Source: a virus
Reading direction: 5' to 3' (one strand)
DNA length: 37,411 nt
Virus genome (UHGV): UHGV-0194661
Shown here one piece after another: positions 16,814 through 26,321 of the stretch. How positions within the stretch are numbered: the first letter of the stretch is position 1; every line of letters starts with the position of its first letter. Below the pieces are notes generated by a model, which saw nothing but the letters and a program-made list of their open reading frames with translations, was not told the origin of the DNA and searched no databases. The position numbers were made by a program, and so were the translations under genes.

Positions 16814-17587
16814 ATGGGCGAGAAAGCAAAAAGAGTAAAATTAGATTATGATGCGATATGCGATGAATTAGATATTCAGGGAAAATCAAAAACATGGCTG
16901 TCAACAGAGATCGGAAGAAGTAGGTCATATTTTTCCAATCTTCCAGGAACTAGACTTGGAGCAACAGTACCGAAGAACATGGAAGCACTGATCAGCAGGA
17001 CATTGGGTTACACTCCCGGAACATTTGTAATCCAAGAAGAGGTGAATGAAGCGGTGGAAGAAGATCAGGTGCAAGTAGAGTTTATCGAAACACTGTACGG
17101 AAATCAGAAAGAGATCCTGAAAGTACTTGGAGAACTTAGTGGAAAGATAGACCTGCTTATGAGCAGCATGAAGAATGTCCAGACTGAGATGATTGCGAGA
17201 AAACAATTCGCCGAACTCTCTGACAGCGTTGAGTTTATCAGGGGCAAGAGCAACACAAGCGTGATCAAGTTGGAAAAGCTGAAAGAATTATTAATTGAGA
17301 TGGACAACGGAAGACTTGATGATAGAGATTCAATTATCGAAGAGGTCTCTAAGTTGATGGATAGCAAGACGGTGATCACAAAGGATTCGTCAAGAGGAAA
17401 GGCTTATGAGCTATTGGAAGAACTGATCACGGACAGAAACGGTGTAGAGCAGATAAATGTGTTTTCTGAAGCTGACAAGAGAAATATCTCGAGAAAAGAT
17501 ATCTTGAGAGCAAAGAATGAAATGGACATTAGGGTAACTACAAGAGGGATTGGAGCGAACAGCAAGAAGTATTGGTGCAAAGGATAA
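16814..17587 (+). CDS. Hypothetical protein with N-terminal XRE-like HTH and long coiled coil
   Basis: KSKTWLSTEIGRSRSYFSNL is HTH-like. The rest is E/K-rich helical. Confidence 0.45.
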   Translation: MGEKAKRVKLDYDAICDELDIQGKSKTWLSTEIGRSRSYFSNLPGTRLGATVPKNMEALISRTLGYTPGTFVIQEEVNEAVEEDQVQVEFIETLYGNQKEILKVLGELSGKIDLLMSSMKNVQTEMIARKQFAELSDSVEFIRGKSNTSVIKLEKLKELLIEMDNGRLDDRDSIIEEVSKLMDSKTVITKDSSRGKAYELLEELITDRNGVEQINVFSEADKRNISRKDILRAKNEMDIRVTTRGIGANSKKYWCKG

Positions 17588-17590
17588 AAC

Positions 17591-17977
17591 ATGAACAGAC
17601 AAGAACAAGAGGATAAAGCGCAGCTTGAGTACCTGAGAAAGTGGAAAGAGAAGAAAAAGAAGAGAAAGAATGACAGAAGACAAACAATAAAATTGTGCGA
17701 AAAAAAAGCGCGTAAGAATGGGTGCCCAGAATGTTGTGAACAGTGTGATCTGAATACCAGAGGCGGATATAGATATGAGGCAAGAAATCTGATTAGAGAA
17801 CAGGGCAAGCAGATATTGCATGAGGATGTAGCAGAGTATATCGCAAGAAAATTAGGGATTAAGAGTGGAGGCGATACCGTTGGAGATGAGACTGGAAGAG
17901 AACAATGTGAAGAACGAGAACAACCGGAAAAAAGAGTATCTGAGAGGATACAGAGCCAACAGAAGACGAATCAGTAG
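17591..17977 (+). CDS. Basic hypothetical protein with Cys cluster (CPECCEQC)
   Basis: 128-aa ORF. Its 3' end overlaps the next gene in another frame. Confidence 0.3.
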   Translation: MNRQEQEDKAQLEYLRKWKEKKKKRKNDRRQTIKLCEKKARKNGCPECCEQCDLNTRGGYRYEARNLIREQGKQILHEDVAEYIARKLGIKSGGDTVGDETGREQCEEREQPEKRVSERIQSQQKTNQ

Positions 17978-18329
17978 AATTGACGATGAGGTAAGAGAGC
18001 TCAGGGAACTTGCAGAATCTACGAAAGCAACAGACTATTCGGGGATGCCTCATGGAAGTGGGAATCAGAAAGATTTGTCAGATGAACTGGCAAGAATAGA
18101 TTCACTGGAGAAAAAACTTGAGATAGAAAAGAGCAAATGTATCGAATCGTATATATCCATTGAGAATCAGATTAAGACAGTGAAGAATGAAGATGAGAAC
18201 GATGTACTGTTTTACAGATACATTAAGGGATTGCGTTTTTGGGAAATCGCTGAAAAGATGGATTGTACAGAACAGTGGGTTCATAAGTTGCATGGGAGAG
18301 CATTAGGACGTTTAAAAATACCAAAATAA
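17865..18329 (+). CDS. Sigma-70 region-4-like late transcriptional activator (DUF1492/ArpU/RinA-like)
   Basis: N-terminal KKEYLRGYRANRRRISRIDDEVRELRE and C-terminal LFYRYIKGLRFWEIAEKMDCTEQWVHKLHGRALGRLK (sigma region 4 HTH). Positioned before the packaging module. Start may be ATG 17886. Confidence 0.6.
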   Translation: MEAIPLEMRLEENNVKNENNRKKEYLRGYRANRRRISRIDDEVRELRELAESTKATDYSGMPHGSGNQKDLSDELARIDSLEKKLEIEKSKCIESYISIENQIKTVKNEDENDVLFYRYIKGLRFWEIAEKMDCTEQWVHKLHGRALGRLKIPK

Positions 18330-18529
18330 TTTATTATAGTTTATTGAAGTTTAGTATAGATATGTGAGAGAATTACAATGAGCCTGAGGCGGAAAGCTGA
18401 TGGCTCGTCCTCTCTTTGTATAAAACCCAAGAAGCACCTGCATGATAATGTGTGGGTGTTTTTCTGTTGTATAATGTCGAGATTTGGGATATTATGGAAG
18501 TAGGTTCTTATACGTATGGAGGGATAGTT

Positions 18530-19429
18530 ATGGAACGTAATATAAAATATCAGTATTTTAAAATGGATTCTCAAATAAAGTTAAATGGAAATTGGGTAGA
18601 TGAAGGAGCATTTGATTTTATTGGTTGGATAGATTATATTAATAAAAATGCATTGGAACAAGAAACAATTAAGTTGAAAGATACAAAGGCACGTATAGAG
18701 AAAATAGAGTTTTTTAATAAGGCTAATATATGGATTGTTCGATTTATGAAATTAAGAGAAGAAAATTTACCGTATTTAGCAAAAGAAAAATATGATGCAG
18801 AAGATATTCCTTTACAGCCGGATGAATATATTGGCGAAGATATGTATATGCTTTATGATATTGATAATCAAATAGCAATGATACAATCTAACCGTTTTTC
18901 ACTTGGTATCAATAGACTAGGAGAATTTTTAATTAAATCCCAAAAGGAAAATGATAAAAGAGTGAGACTATGGCCTATAAGGGATAATATAGATGTGACA
19001 TCATTAAAGAAAATTGAATATAGAACGATAGAATTGGGCTTTGCTAATATTGTGAATGTAGTGAATACAGGAAAAAGTTCGTTAACTGATATTTTAAATA
19101 CATATAGGAAATTTTCAGGAGTTTCTGGTACTATAAAAATTGGTATAGGTCGATCAAAGGATGGAGCATTGGATGCTATAGAAGTAGATAAGTTAATAGC
19201 GGATATTAAAAGATGTGAGAATATTACCAGTGCAAAAGTGAAAATTAGAGATGACGATCTGGCAAGAATAGAGGTTATTGATCTTTTAGATGAAAATGTA
19301 TCAGATATAATAACTTATAAATTAGAGCCTAGGGAATCACTTTCATTTGATGTAGCAACATCATATATGATAGAGAGATATCAGAGAAGAAAAGATAAAA
19401 TTTTAAATTTGATAACAAGGTCAGAGTAA
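18530..19429 (+). CDS. AT-rich cassette gene 1: soluble 299-aa protein of unknown function
   Basis: GGAGGG RBS then ATG 18530. The track ORF starts at 18452. GC content about 30%, against ~45% for the surrounding genome. Confidence 0.6.
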   Translation: MERNIKYQYFKMDSQIKLNGNWVDEGAFDFIGWIDYINKNALEQETIKLKDTKARIEKIEFFNKANIWIVRFMKLREENLPYLAKEKYDAEDIPLQPDEYIGEDMYMLYDIDNQIAMIQSNRFSLGINRLGEFLIKSQKENDKRVRLWPIRDNIDVTSLKKIEYRTIELGFANIVNVVNTGKSSLTDILNTYRKFSGVSGTIKIGIGRSKDGALDAIEVDKLIADIKRCENITSAKVKIRDDDLARIEVIDLLDENVSDIITYKLEPRESLSFDVATSYMIERYQRRKDKILNLITRSE

Positions 19430-19446
19430 AACGAAAGGAGAATAAC

Positions 19447-19971
19447 ATGAAATATTATTTGGAACGAAGTTACCCGTATGGTATAGCTATTATTACAACT
19501 GTTATTCTCCAAAGAGTAGCAATGGGGGTAATGGGAAATGAAAATTTTGATGATTTATTAGGAGGGTTGGTGACATTTGATTCAATTGTTATTGGATTTT
19601 TTGGTGCAATAATGCCGGTCATTTTAAGTATGAAAAATGAGTCCAAATTTGTTAAATATGTTTTTGAGAATGATACGAAACAATTATTTTCAAAATATTT
19701 AAAAGTTACAATTTTTTCTGGACTATGTAGTGCGGTACTATCATTGGCATTATATATAAGAGATTCATTTGTACATTCTTTTGTTAAAAATGGACTATAT
19801 ATAGCTTGGATCTTTGGAACGACACTTTTTTTGACATCTACTTATAGAAGTTTATCGCATATGATTACATTAGTTTTTTCTAAAGATAATTTTATCGATG
19901 TTAAGAAAAAGGAAGTAAGGAAGAAAGAAGAAAAAGAACTTGAATTAGAAAAAAACTACAGTAAGAGATGA
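19447..19971 (+). CDS. AT-rich cassette gene 2: 4-TM membrane protein with K/E-rich C-terminal tail
   Basis: Four hydrophobic segments. AGGAG RBS. Confidence 0.6.
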   Translation: MKYYLERSYPYGIAIITTVILQRVAMGVMGNENFDDLLGGLVTFDSIVIGFFGAIMPVILSMKNESKFVKYVFENDTKQLFSKYLKVTIFSGLCSAVLSLALYIRDSFVHSFVKNGLYIAWIFGTTLFLTSTYRSLSHMITLVFSKDNFIDVKKKEVRKKEEKELELEKNYSKR

Positions 19972-20059
19972 GGTTTTTTGTTGAAATATGCCGAGAAAAG
20001 GAATATAGTAAAATTGTGGTGAAATAAAGGAAGTGGTTCTCACAGAATAGGAGGACAAG

Positions 20060-20557
20060 ATGTCATTTTGGGCAATATTTAATGGGTTGATAGTTGTAGG
20101 TTTAGCGTTTGCTGCATTACCTGGAATAAAGTCTGGAAAAAAGACTATTTTAGCGCAAGTTTATGACGGTAAGCAACATATGGTGTCGGTTATAAAAAAT
20201 GATAAAGGAGAATTTCAACCTACAGACGAAGAAAACAAGTATATAACTGAAAGAGTAAAGATTATAATTAAAGAAAAATTGCATTATATTATTGGTTTCG
20301 CAATGTCTGCAATAGGAACGTTTGGAACTTTATGGACGGGAAATAATGATATGCCTTTGATTATTTGTGAAAGAAGACGGAAATTATTGTTATCGATTAT
20401 CATGTGGTTGATAGTAGCCTATTTTTTGAGTTGGATATTAGAAAAATATCTATTTAAAACAATCACTAAGAATTACAGTTTGGAAAAGGATATATTAGTC
20501 GATGGAGATATTTTTATGCAAGATATCGAAATCAATATGGAAGATGAAAATAAATAA
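20060..20557 (+). CDS. AT-rich cassette gene 3: 3-TM membrane protein
   Basis: Three hydrophobic segments. GGAGGA RBS. Confidence 0.6.
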   Translation: MSFWAIFNGLIVVGLAFAALPGIKSGKKTILAQVYDGKQHMVSVIKNDKGEFQPTDEENKYITERVKIIIKEKLHYIIGFAMSAIGTFGTLWTGNNDMPLIICERRRKLLLSIIMWLIVAYFLSWILEKYLFKTITKNYSLEKDILVDGDIFMQDIEINMEDENK

Positions 20558-20566
20558 TTAAATAAT

Positions 20567-20587
20567 GGCACCCTCCGGGGTGCTTTT
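20567..20587 (+). terminator. Rho-independent terminator (ggcaccc-tccg-gggtgc-tttt)
   Basis: 6-bp GC stem followed by a T-run, directly after the cassette. Confidence 0.65.
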
Positions 20588-20603
20588 CTAATATCCGAAA
20601 CCC

Positions 20604-20675
20604 GGACCATTAGTTCAGTGGTAGAACATTCGCCTCATAAGCGATATGTCGTAGGTTCGATCCCTACATGGTCCA
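20604..20675 (+). tRNA. tRNA with CAU anticodon (Met; could alternatively be tRNA-Ile2 by lysidine modification)
   Basis: 7-bp acceptor stem GGACCAT/ATGGTCC, D-arm AGTTCAGTGGTAGAAC, anticodon loop CTCATAA, T-arm GTAGGTTCGATCCCTAC, discriminator A. No encoded CCA. Confidence 0.7.
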
Positions 20676-20691
20676 TCAATAATAAACAGGA

Positions 20692-21201
20692 ATGGAAGGT
20701 GGTGAAGTGGCAGGTTATGAAAACATAAGAGATGCGAATGACAATCGAACTCCGGAGGAACGCCGGGAATTAGCAAAAACAGCAGGGAAAGCAAGTGGTC
20801 GGGCGAGACGTAGGAAGGCAGACTTCCGGAAGACGTTGAACCTGCTGCTTACTGCGGAAATAGATAATGAAGAATGGAAGCCGGTTTTAGAGTCGCTTGG
20901 TGTTGAGTGTACTTTGGAATCGGCTTTGCTTATGGCTCAGATCAAGGAGGCAATGCAGGGAAATACAAAGGCTGCATATTTTGTTGCCCAGTATGCTGGA
21001 CAGAATGCACAGACTGCTGCGGATGATAAAGAACAGCAACGCAGGACAGAACGGATGGAGGCGGATACAGAAAAGATCCGCAGAAGCTCTGGAAATGCTG
21101 AGAATGAGGATGAAGGAGTAGAGATTATAAATGATGCGCCAGAAGAAACAAGTCAGGATATCGGATATAGTGATTCCGAAGTACCTGCCGATATTCAATA
21201 A
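20692..21201 (+). CDS. Putative terminase small subunit
   Basis: 169-aa basic/acidic protein immediately upstream of and overlapping TerL. The call rests on position only. Alternative start GTG 20707. Confidence 0.45.
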   Translation: MEGGEVAGYENIRDANDNRTPEERRELAKTAGKASGRARRRKADFRKTLNLLLTAEIDNEEWKPVLESLGVECTLESALLMAQIKEAMQGNTKAAYFVAQYAGQNAQTAADDKEQQRRTERMEADTEKIRRSSGNAENEDEGVEIINDAPEETSQDIGYSDSEVPADIQ

Positions 21202-22537
21202 CCGAAGTATCAAGCATATCATCCTGACATCTGGTCGTGCCGGGACGAAATCCAGTTATGCAGCTATCAGGTCAGATTATCAACTTGTATCAGATGCCAA
21301 TGGCTCTGTGGTTGTGCTGCGTAAGCATCATAACAAGCTGCGGAAAACAGTTTACAAGGAGATGCTCCGAGGAATCAACCGTTTGGAGATTCCGAAAAGT
21401 AAGTTCCGGATTACAAAGTCTCCAATGGAGATCACTTATAAGAAGTATGGAACAACGATGTATTTTGCCGGATCAGATGGCATTGATGATACGAAAGGTA
21501 TTATTGATGAGGATAAACCGATCAAGTTGGTTGTGCTAGATGAGTTGACAGAATTCTTTGATGACGGTGATGGTGAGGATGAGTTAAGTAATATCGAAGC
21601 TACTTTCGTTCGTGGAAATAAAGGTGGTTTCCAAATGATTTATCTGTATAACCCGCCAAAGAATCCGAATGCACCGATTAATCAGTGGTGCAAGAAGATG
21701 GAAAAACGTCCTGACTGCGTACATATCCATACGGACTACAGAGATGTACCTGCTGCCTGGCTAGGCCCTGATCTGATTGCTTCTGCCAAGGCAATGGAGG
21801 TTGCTGATCCGAAAATGTACAGATGGGTTTGGCTTGGAGAATCAGTAGGAGTAGATGAACTGATTTATTACATGTTCGGAGAAAGGCACAGACAGAAACC
21901 GGATCCAGATAGAAGATATGACAGAATCTACATTGGCGGTGATTATGGTCAGCAGAATGCAACAACATTTCAGGCATTTGGTCTTGATACTTACAGGAAA
22001 AAGTTTCCGGGATTAGGAGAGTATTATCATAGTGGGCGAGAGACAGGGAAGCAGAAAAGTCCGTCTGAGTATGCACAGGATCTTGTTGAGTTCATGGATG
22101 AATTACATGAACAATATGATAACCGACTCTTTTATATTTTCCTGGATCCATCAGCAAAAGGATTGGCAGAAGAAATAAAGAGAGCAACCAGGAAAAGTGT
22201 GGACTATCAGGTGTTTCTTCGTGATGCAGAGAATGATGTAGCATTAGGCATTAGCCGTGTACAAAAGGTTTTGGTATTTGACATTATGTCTATTGCTCCA
22301 AAGCAAGAAAATGCAGTAAATGAGTTCGGGGTATATGAATACGATAAGAAATCAATTGAAAAAGGGAAAGAAGTTCCTGTAAAAGAGAATGATCACTGTA
22401 TGGATGCGATTCGTTATGCAGTGATGGGAGCATGGAGCAAGATGAAATACTGGTTGCCATCAGATGATTTGACAAAGGAGATTGATATTTGCGATTTCGG
22501 CAGCAGGGAGGTGAGAGAAGACGATGAATATATTTAA
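21131..22537 (+). CDS. Terminase large subunit (PBSX/XtmB-like family)
   Basis: Walker A ILTSGRAGTKSS, about 470 aa, nuclease C-terminal half with acidic motifs. Confidence 0.75.
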   Translation: MMRQKKQVRISDIVIPKYLPIFNNRSIKHIILTSGRAGTKSSYAAIRSDYQLVSDANGSVVVLRKHHNKLRKTVYKEMLRGINRLEIPKSKFRITKSPMEITYKKYGTTMYFAGSDGIDDTKGIIDEDKPIKLVVLDELTEFFDDGDGEDELSNIEATFVRGNKGGFQMIYLYNPPKNPNAPINQWCKKMEKRPDCVHIHTDYRDVPAAWLGPDLIASAKAMEVADPKMYRWVWLGESVGVDELIYYMFGERHRQKPDPDRRYDRIYIGGDYGQQNATTFQAFGLDTYRKKFPGLGEYYHSGRETGKQKSPSEYAQDLVEFMDELHEQYDNRLFYIFLDPSAKGLAEEIKRATRKSVDYQVFLRDAENDVALGISRVQKVLVFDIMSIAPKQENAVNEFGVYEYDKKSIEKGKEVPVKENDHCMDAIRYAVMGAWSKMKYWLPSDDLTKEIDICDFGSREVREDDEYI

Positions 22538-23939
22538 TTATTTCAGAAAAAAAGGAATTGATACAGTAGATGCTTCGTTTTACCGGAAGATCGATGAGTG
22601 GACCAGTTGGTATAATTCTAACGTCAAGAAGTTCACGTATTATAAAGTCTATTCCGGACGCGGTACATGTAAGAGATGCCGCAGAAAAAGTATGGGGATG
22701 GCAAAAAAACTTTCGGAGGACATCGCAGATCTTCTTCTGAATGAGCGCGTGATGATCACGCTGGAAGATGAGTCGACTCAGAAATTCGTGAAGAAAGTTC
22801 TAAACGATAATCATTTTCTTGTGACGGGAAACGACTACCAGGAACGAAAAGCTTATACCGGAACAGTAGCATATATCCCGTATCTCTATAACGCAACCGT
22901 ACAGGAAGATGGAACAGTATCAGACGGAAAAATCGGGATTAATTATGTAGATGCGAAGAATATTTATCCAGTCAGCTGGAACAACGGAAGAGTAACAGAG
23001 TGCATTTTTACATTTATCCATACAATTAGACAAAAGAAATACGTGCAGATTCAGTTCCATAGAATGGACGAAAACGGCATGTATGTCATCGAAAACAATG
23101 TGCTGGAATGTTCAAAAGGGAGCGCAGAGGGGCGAGAGCTGACGGAACAGGAATGGAAGCGGCTGAAGCCTTTTGCTAATTTGGCAGCAAGAACGGAGAC
23201 AGGATCCACGAATCCACAGTTTGTTATTGACCGTCTGAACATCACAAACAATGCGGATGAAAGTAATCCTATGGGAATCGCGATATTTGCTAATTCTATT
23301 GATGTGCTGAAAAAACTGGACATGGAATATGATTCTTACGGTAATGAGTTCGATCTTGGCAGGAAAAGGATCTTTGTTGCTCCTGAAATGCTGTCGAACA
23401 TAGACGGTACTCCGGTATTTGATCCGGAAGACAGCGTATTTTACTCACTCCCGGAAGATTATGATAAAAGCCAGACAGGATTGATCAAAGAGGTGGATAT
23501 GAGCCTCAGAGTAGAAGAACACAGCAAAGCGATCAATGATGATCTGAATTATCTATCACTGAAATGTGGATTCGGAACAGAAAGATATCGGTTTGATGGT
23601 ACTGGCGTAAAAACTGCAACAGAGGTAATATCCGAAAACTCAGATATGTACCGGATGCTAAAGAAGCATGAAATTATCCTAGATGATGTGCTGAAGCAAT
23701 TAATCCAGATTATTATCCGACTCGGGATTGTGACAGGGAACGCACTGGATATAAATACAGATATTGTGATCGCTTTTGACGATTCTATTATCGAGGATAA
23801 AGGCGCAGAGCGGCAGCAGGACCGTCAGGATGTCAGCATGGGAGTGATGCGGCATGAAGAATACCGTGCAAAATGGTATGGGGAGACCGTGGAGCAAGCA
23901 AGGCAAAATCTACCAGAGCAGAATCAGGTGATGGAATAA
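22524..23939 (+). CDS. Portal protein
   Basis: 471 aa directly after TerL, overlapping its stop. Size and position are typical of SPP1-like portals. Confidence 0.6.
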   Translation: MNIFNYFRKKGIDTVDASFYRKIDEWTSWYNSNVKKFTYYKVYSGRGTCKRCRRKSMGMAKKLSEDIADLLLNERVMITLEDESTQKFVKKVLNDNHFLVTGNDYQERKAYTGTVAYIPYLYNATVQEDGTVSDGKIGINYVDAKNIYPVSWNNGRVTECIFTFIHTIRQKKYVQIQFHRMDENGMYVIENNVLECSKGSAEGRELTEQEWKRLKPFANLAARTETGSTNPQFVIDRLNITNNADESNPMGIAIFANSIDVLKKLDMEYDSYGNEFDLGRKRIFVAPEMLSNIDGTPVFDPEDSVFYSLPEDYDKSQTGLIKEVDMSLRVEEHSKAINDDLNYLSLKCGFGTERYRFDGTGVKTATEVISENSDMYRMLKKHEIILDDVLKQLIQIIIRLGIVTGNALDINTDIVIAFDDSIIEDKGAERQQDRQDVSMGVMRHEEYRAKWYGETVEQARQNLPEQNQVME

Positions 23940-23940
23940 T

Positions 23941-25617
23941 ATGCGAGATGATTACAAGAATCAGATGGCCAGTAAGATTGCTGGAAGATATCAAGATTTA
24001 GAACTCCGAATTATGAAGGATATTGTCCGGCGAATCAAGAAAACTGGAAAGATTACAAGCACAGCAGACTGGCAGATTAACAGATTACTTATTTTGGGTT
24101 ATTCTTCAGAAGACATTGAAAAGGAAATTAAGAAAACGCTCGATGCTTCTTATCCAGAAATGTTTGAGTTGTATGATGAGGTGATTGATTGGGAATATGT
24201 CAGGAATAAGGACATATATGAACAAATCAACGTAGAGCACATACCATTTGACCAGAACGAGCAACTTAAGCAGATCACAGATGCAATTATTGATCAAAGT
24301 TTTGCAGATATGGAAAATATAACAAATTCGCTCGGTTTTTACTTAGATTATGGAGATGGTAAAAAGGTTATAACACCACTGGCGCAGGTTTATACAAATT
24401 ATCTTGATTCAGCATGTTTCGATATTGTAAACGGAGCATTCGATTACAACAGTGTGCTGCGTAGAGTTGTGACTCAGCTCACCAATAGCGGACTTCGACA
24501 GATCGATTATTCCTCCGGAAGAGCCAATCGGGTTGATGTAGCTGCAAGGAGAGCTGTTATGACGGCAGTCAGCCAGATTACCGGAAGGATATCAGAGTAC
24601 AATGCAAAAAAGCTTGGAACAGAATATTTCGAAGTTGAATGGCATGCCGGAGCGCGTCCGACTCATTCCGTGTGGCAGGGAAGAGTTTGGAAGGAAGAAC
24701 AGTTGTATTCGGTATGTGGTCTTGGAACAGTAACGGGTCTCTTGGGTGCTAACTGTTATCATACATATTATCCGTTCTTTCCTGGTATATCTGAGCGTAA
24801 TTGGTCTGATGATTGGTTAGACGCAAAGAATGAGGAAGAGGCAGAACCTAAGAGGTTTGCAGGCAAGAGATATACTCTGTATGAAGCAAAGCAGAGACAG
24901 CGTCAGATGGAAACAGCAATGCGAGCACAGCGCGAAAAAGTACAGCTACTGCAACATGGGGGCGCAGATCCGCGGGAAGTAATGCTTATGAAAGCAAAAT
25001 ACCAAGGTCAGCTTAATGAATATGCTAAATTTTCTAAAAAGATGAAACTGGAACAGGAACGTGAGAGAATATATCTTGATATGCGCGGAAGAATAGCAAC
25101 TAATTCGAAGCAACAGAACTCTATGTTTCCGCCAGAGATGATTCAAAATGCATCAAGTGATATTGCTCAGTATAAGAAATACAAGGAAATTCTGGGAGAT
25201 TCTATCGGATCACTTGTAAAGTTTGGTCAGTTAAAATATAATGATAGTGAGAAATGGGAAAAGGTTCAAAGCAAATTTTTCACATATCTTGAGATTGGCA
25301 AGAAAAATTGGTCTCAAGAGTTCAAGATTAAATCCAAACAAGCATATGATAGATTCAGAGAGCAAGGAGAAGAATTATCAGTTCATGCTTTGAGTCGATT
25401 GCCAAGATTGAATAAGCCAGGATATGAAGTGATTCACGAAAAAGATGTTCTCGAGCTGGTAAAAACAAAGCCGAATTATTCTGAAGGAGAAGAAAAAATA
25501 ATTTGGTTCAGTCCAAGTAAACAGCTTGTAGTTATAAAAAATAAAAACTCTGGTGATATAGTTAGTATTATTCGGAGAAAAAACAAGAAGGAAGGATGGA
25601 CAGATGCAGGTTTTTAG
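23941..25617 (+). CDS. Minor head / head morphogenesis protein (SPP1 gp7 / Mu F-like domain) with extended C-terminus
   Basis: Position after portal. Central ...AARRAVMTAVSQITGRISEYNAKKLGTEYFEVEWHAGARPTHSVWQGRVW... resembles the Phage_Mu_F core. Confidence 0.55.
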   Translation: MRDDYKNQMASKIAGRYQDLELRIMKDIVRRIKKTGKITSTADWQINRLLILGYSSEDIEKEIKKTLDASYPEMFELYDEVIDWEYVRNKDIYEQINVEHIPFDQNEQLKQITDAIIDQSFADMENITNSLGFYLDYGDGKKVITPLAQVYTNYLDSACFDIVNGAFDYNSVLRRVVTQLTNSGLRQIDYSSGRANRVDVAARRAVMTAVSQITGRISEYNAKKLGTEYFEVEWHAGARPTHSVWQGRVWKEEQLYSVCGLGTVTGLLGANCYHTYYPFFPGISERNWSDDWLDAKNEEEAEPKRFAGKRYTLYEAKQRQRQMETAMRAQREKVQLLQHGGADPREVMLMKAKYQGQLNEYAKFSKKMKLEQERERIYLDMRGRIATNSKQQNSMFPPEMIQNASSDIAQYKKYKEILGDSIGSLVKFGQLKYNDSEKWEKVQSKFFTYLEIGKKNWSQEFKIKSKQAYDRFREQGEELSVHALSRLPRLNKPGYEVIHEKDVLELVKTKPNYSEGEEKIIWFSPSKQLVVIKNKNSGDIVSIIRRKNKKEGWTDAGF

Positions 25618-25876
25618 AAAATATATGAATTATATAAAGGATTTTCTTGAAAATACTCCAGAAGATATATATGAGTTTTCTATTATCCTTGAAGATGCGT
25701 TAGTTGATGAGTATGATGCAATGCATGCGGAACAGCCGAGAGCAACTGAAATATTGGCAGAAGAAACCCCGGACATTTGTGCATCGGCGGAACCGGGGAT
25801 GAAACCAAAAGAAATTGAAGAATTCAAACGTAAATTGGAAATTGAATACAACAAAGCATTAAAAGCAGTTGTGTAG
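25604..25876 (+). CDS. Small acidic hypothetical protein
   Basis: 90-aa ORF followed by a terminator. Confidence 0.4.
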   Translation: MQVFRKYMNYIKDFLENTPEDIYEFSIILEDALVDEYDAMHAEQPRATEILAEETPDICASAEPGMKPKEIEEFKRKLEIEYNKALKAVV

Positions 25877-25878
25877 TT

Positions 25879-25909
25879 GCCACCAGTCGATACGGCCGGT
25901 GGTATTTTT
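25879..25909 (+). terminator. Hairpin (ccacc...ggtgg) + T5
   Basis: Seen in the sequence after the 25604..25876 ORF. Confidence 0.45.
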
Positions 25910-25929
25910 GTACTCATTTTTAGGAGGAT

Positions 25930-26220
25930 TTGATGATAAACATTAAAATAACAGATCATGGCATTCATATGAGCGGTCATGCCGGCATGAATGGTACGGA
26001 TGGAGTAGATCGCGTGTGTGCTGCGGTATCAGCGCTTACATGTAATCTGATTAATTCATTAAAAGATCTGTCTAATGATCGGATAAGAGCGGATACTGGA
26101 AGTGGATTGACAATAATTGAATGGGAAAAACTATCAGATGGTGGAAAACTTCTGATGGATTCTTGGTTCCTTGGGGTTACAGATATTAACAGGGAATACA
26201 ACTGTATAACATTTATGTAG
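25930..26220 (+). CDS. prp: Prp-family (DUF464) cysteine protease, phage prohead/scaffold-processing type
   Basis: ITDHGIHMSGHAG...DRVCAAVSALT carries the catalytic His and Cys of Prp. Sits just upstream of the scaffold and capsid genes. Confidence 0.65.
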   Translation: MMINIKITDHGIHMSGHAGMNGTDGVDRVCAAVSALTCNLINSLKDLSNDRIRADTGSGLTIIEWEKLSDGGKLLMDSWFLGVTDINREYNCITFM

Positions 26221-26222
26221 AA

Positions 26223-26245
26223 AACATCCTTCGGGGTGTTTTTAT
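26223..26245 (+). terminator. Rho-independent terminator (aacatcc-ttcg-ggggtgtt + T-run)
   Basis: 7-bp stem including one G-U pair, followed by ttttt. Confidence 0.55.
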
Positions 26246-26321
26246 TATGTCCAAAACGTGAAGACGGAAAAAGCTCAGAGCCTGTCGAGGCAAAACGGAG
26301 GTATGAAATGTATAAAAAAAA

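Noticed and set aside
17104-17821. Minus-strand ORFs 17104..17379, 17404..17808, 17411..17821, 17538..17783
   Set aside because: They are low-complexity Ser/Leu/Phe-rich translations antisense to K/E-rich sense genes, a typical mirror artefact.
16712-17960. Recurrent 'QLEYL / KEYL' peptide motif at the N-termini of three ORFs (16712, 17591, 17865) as evidence of a repeated gene family
   Set aside because: The shared stretch is only ~5 residues and the nucleotide sequences are not repeated. Only the 17865 ORF carries a full sigma-like domain, so this is probably coincidental.
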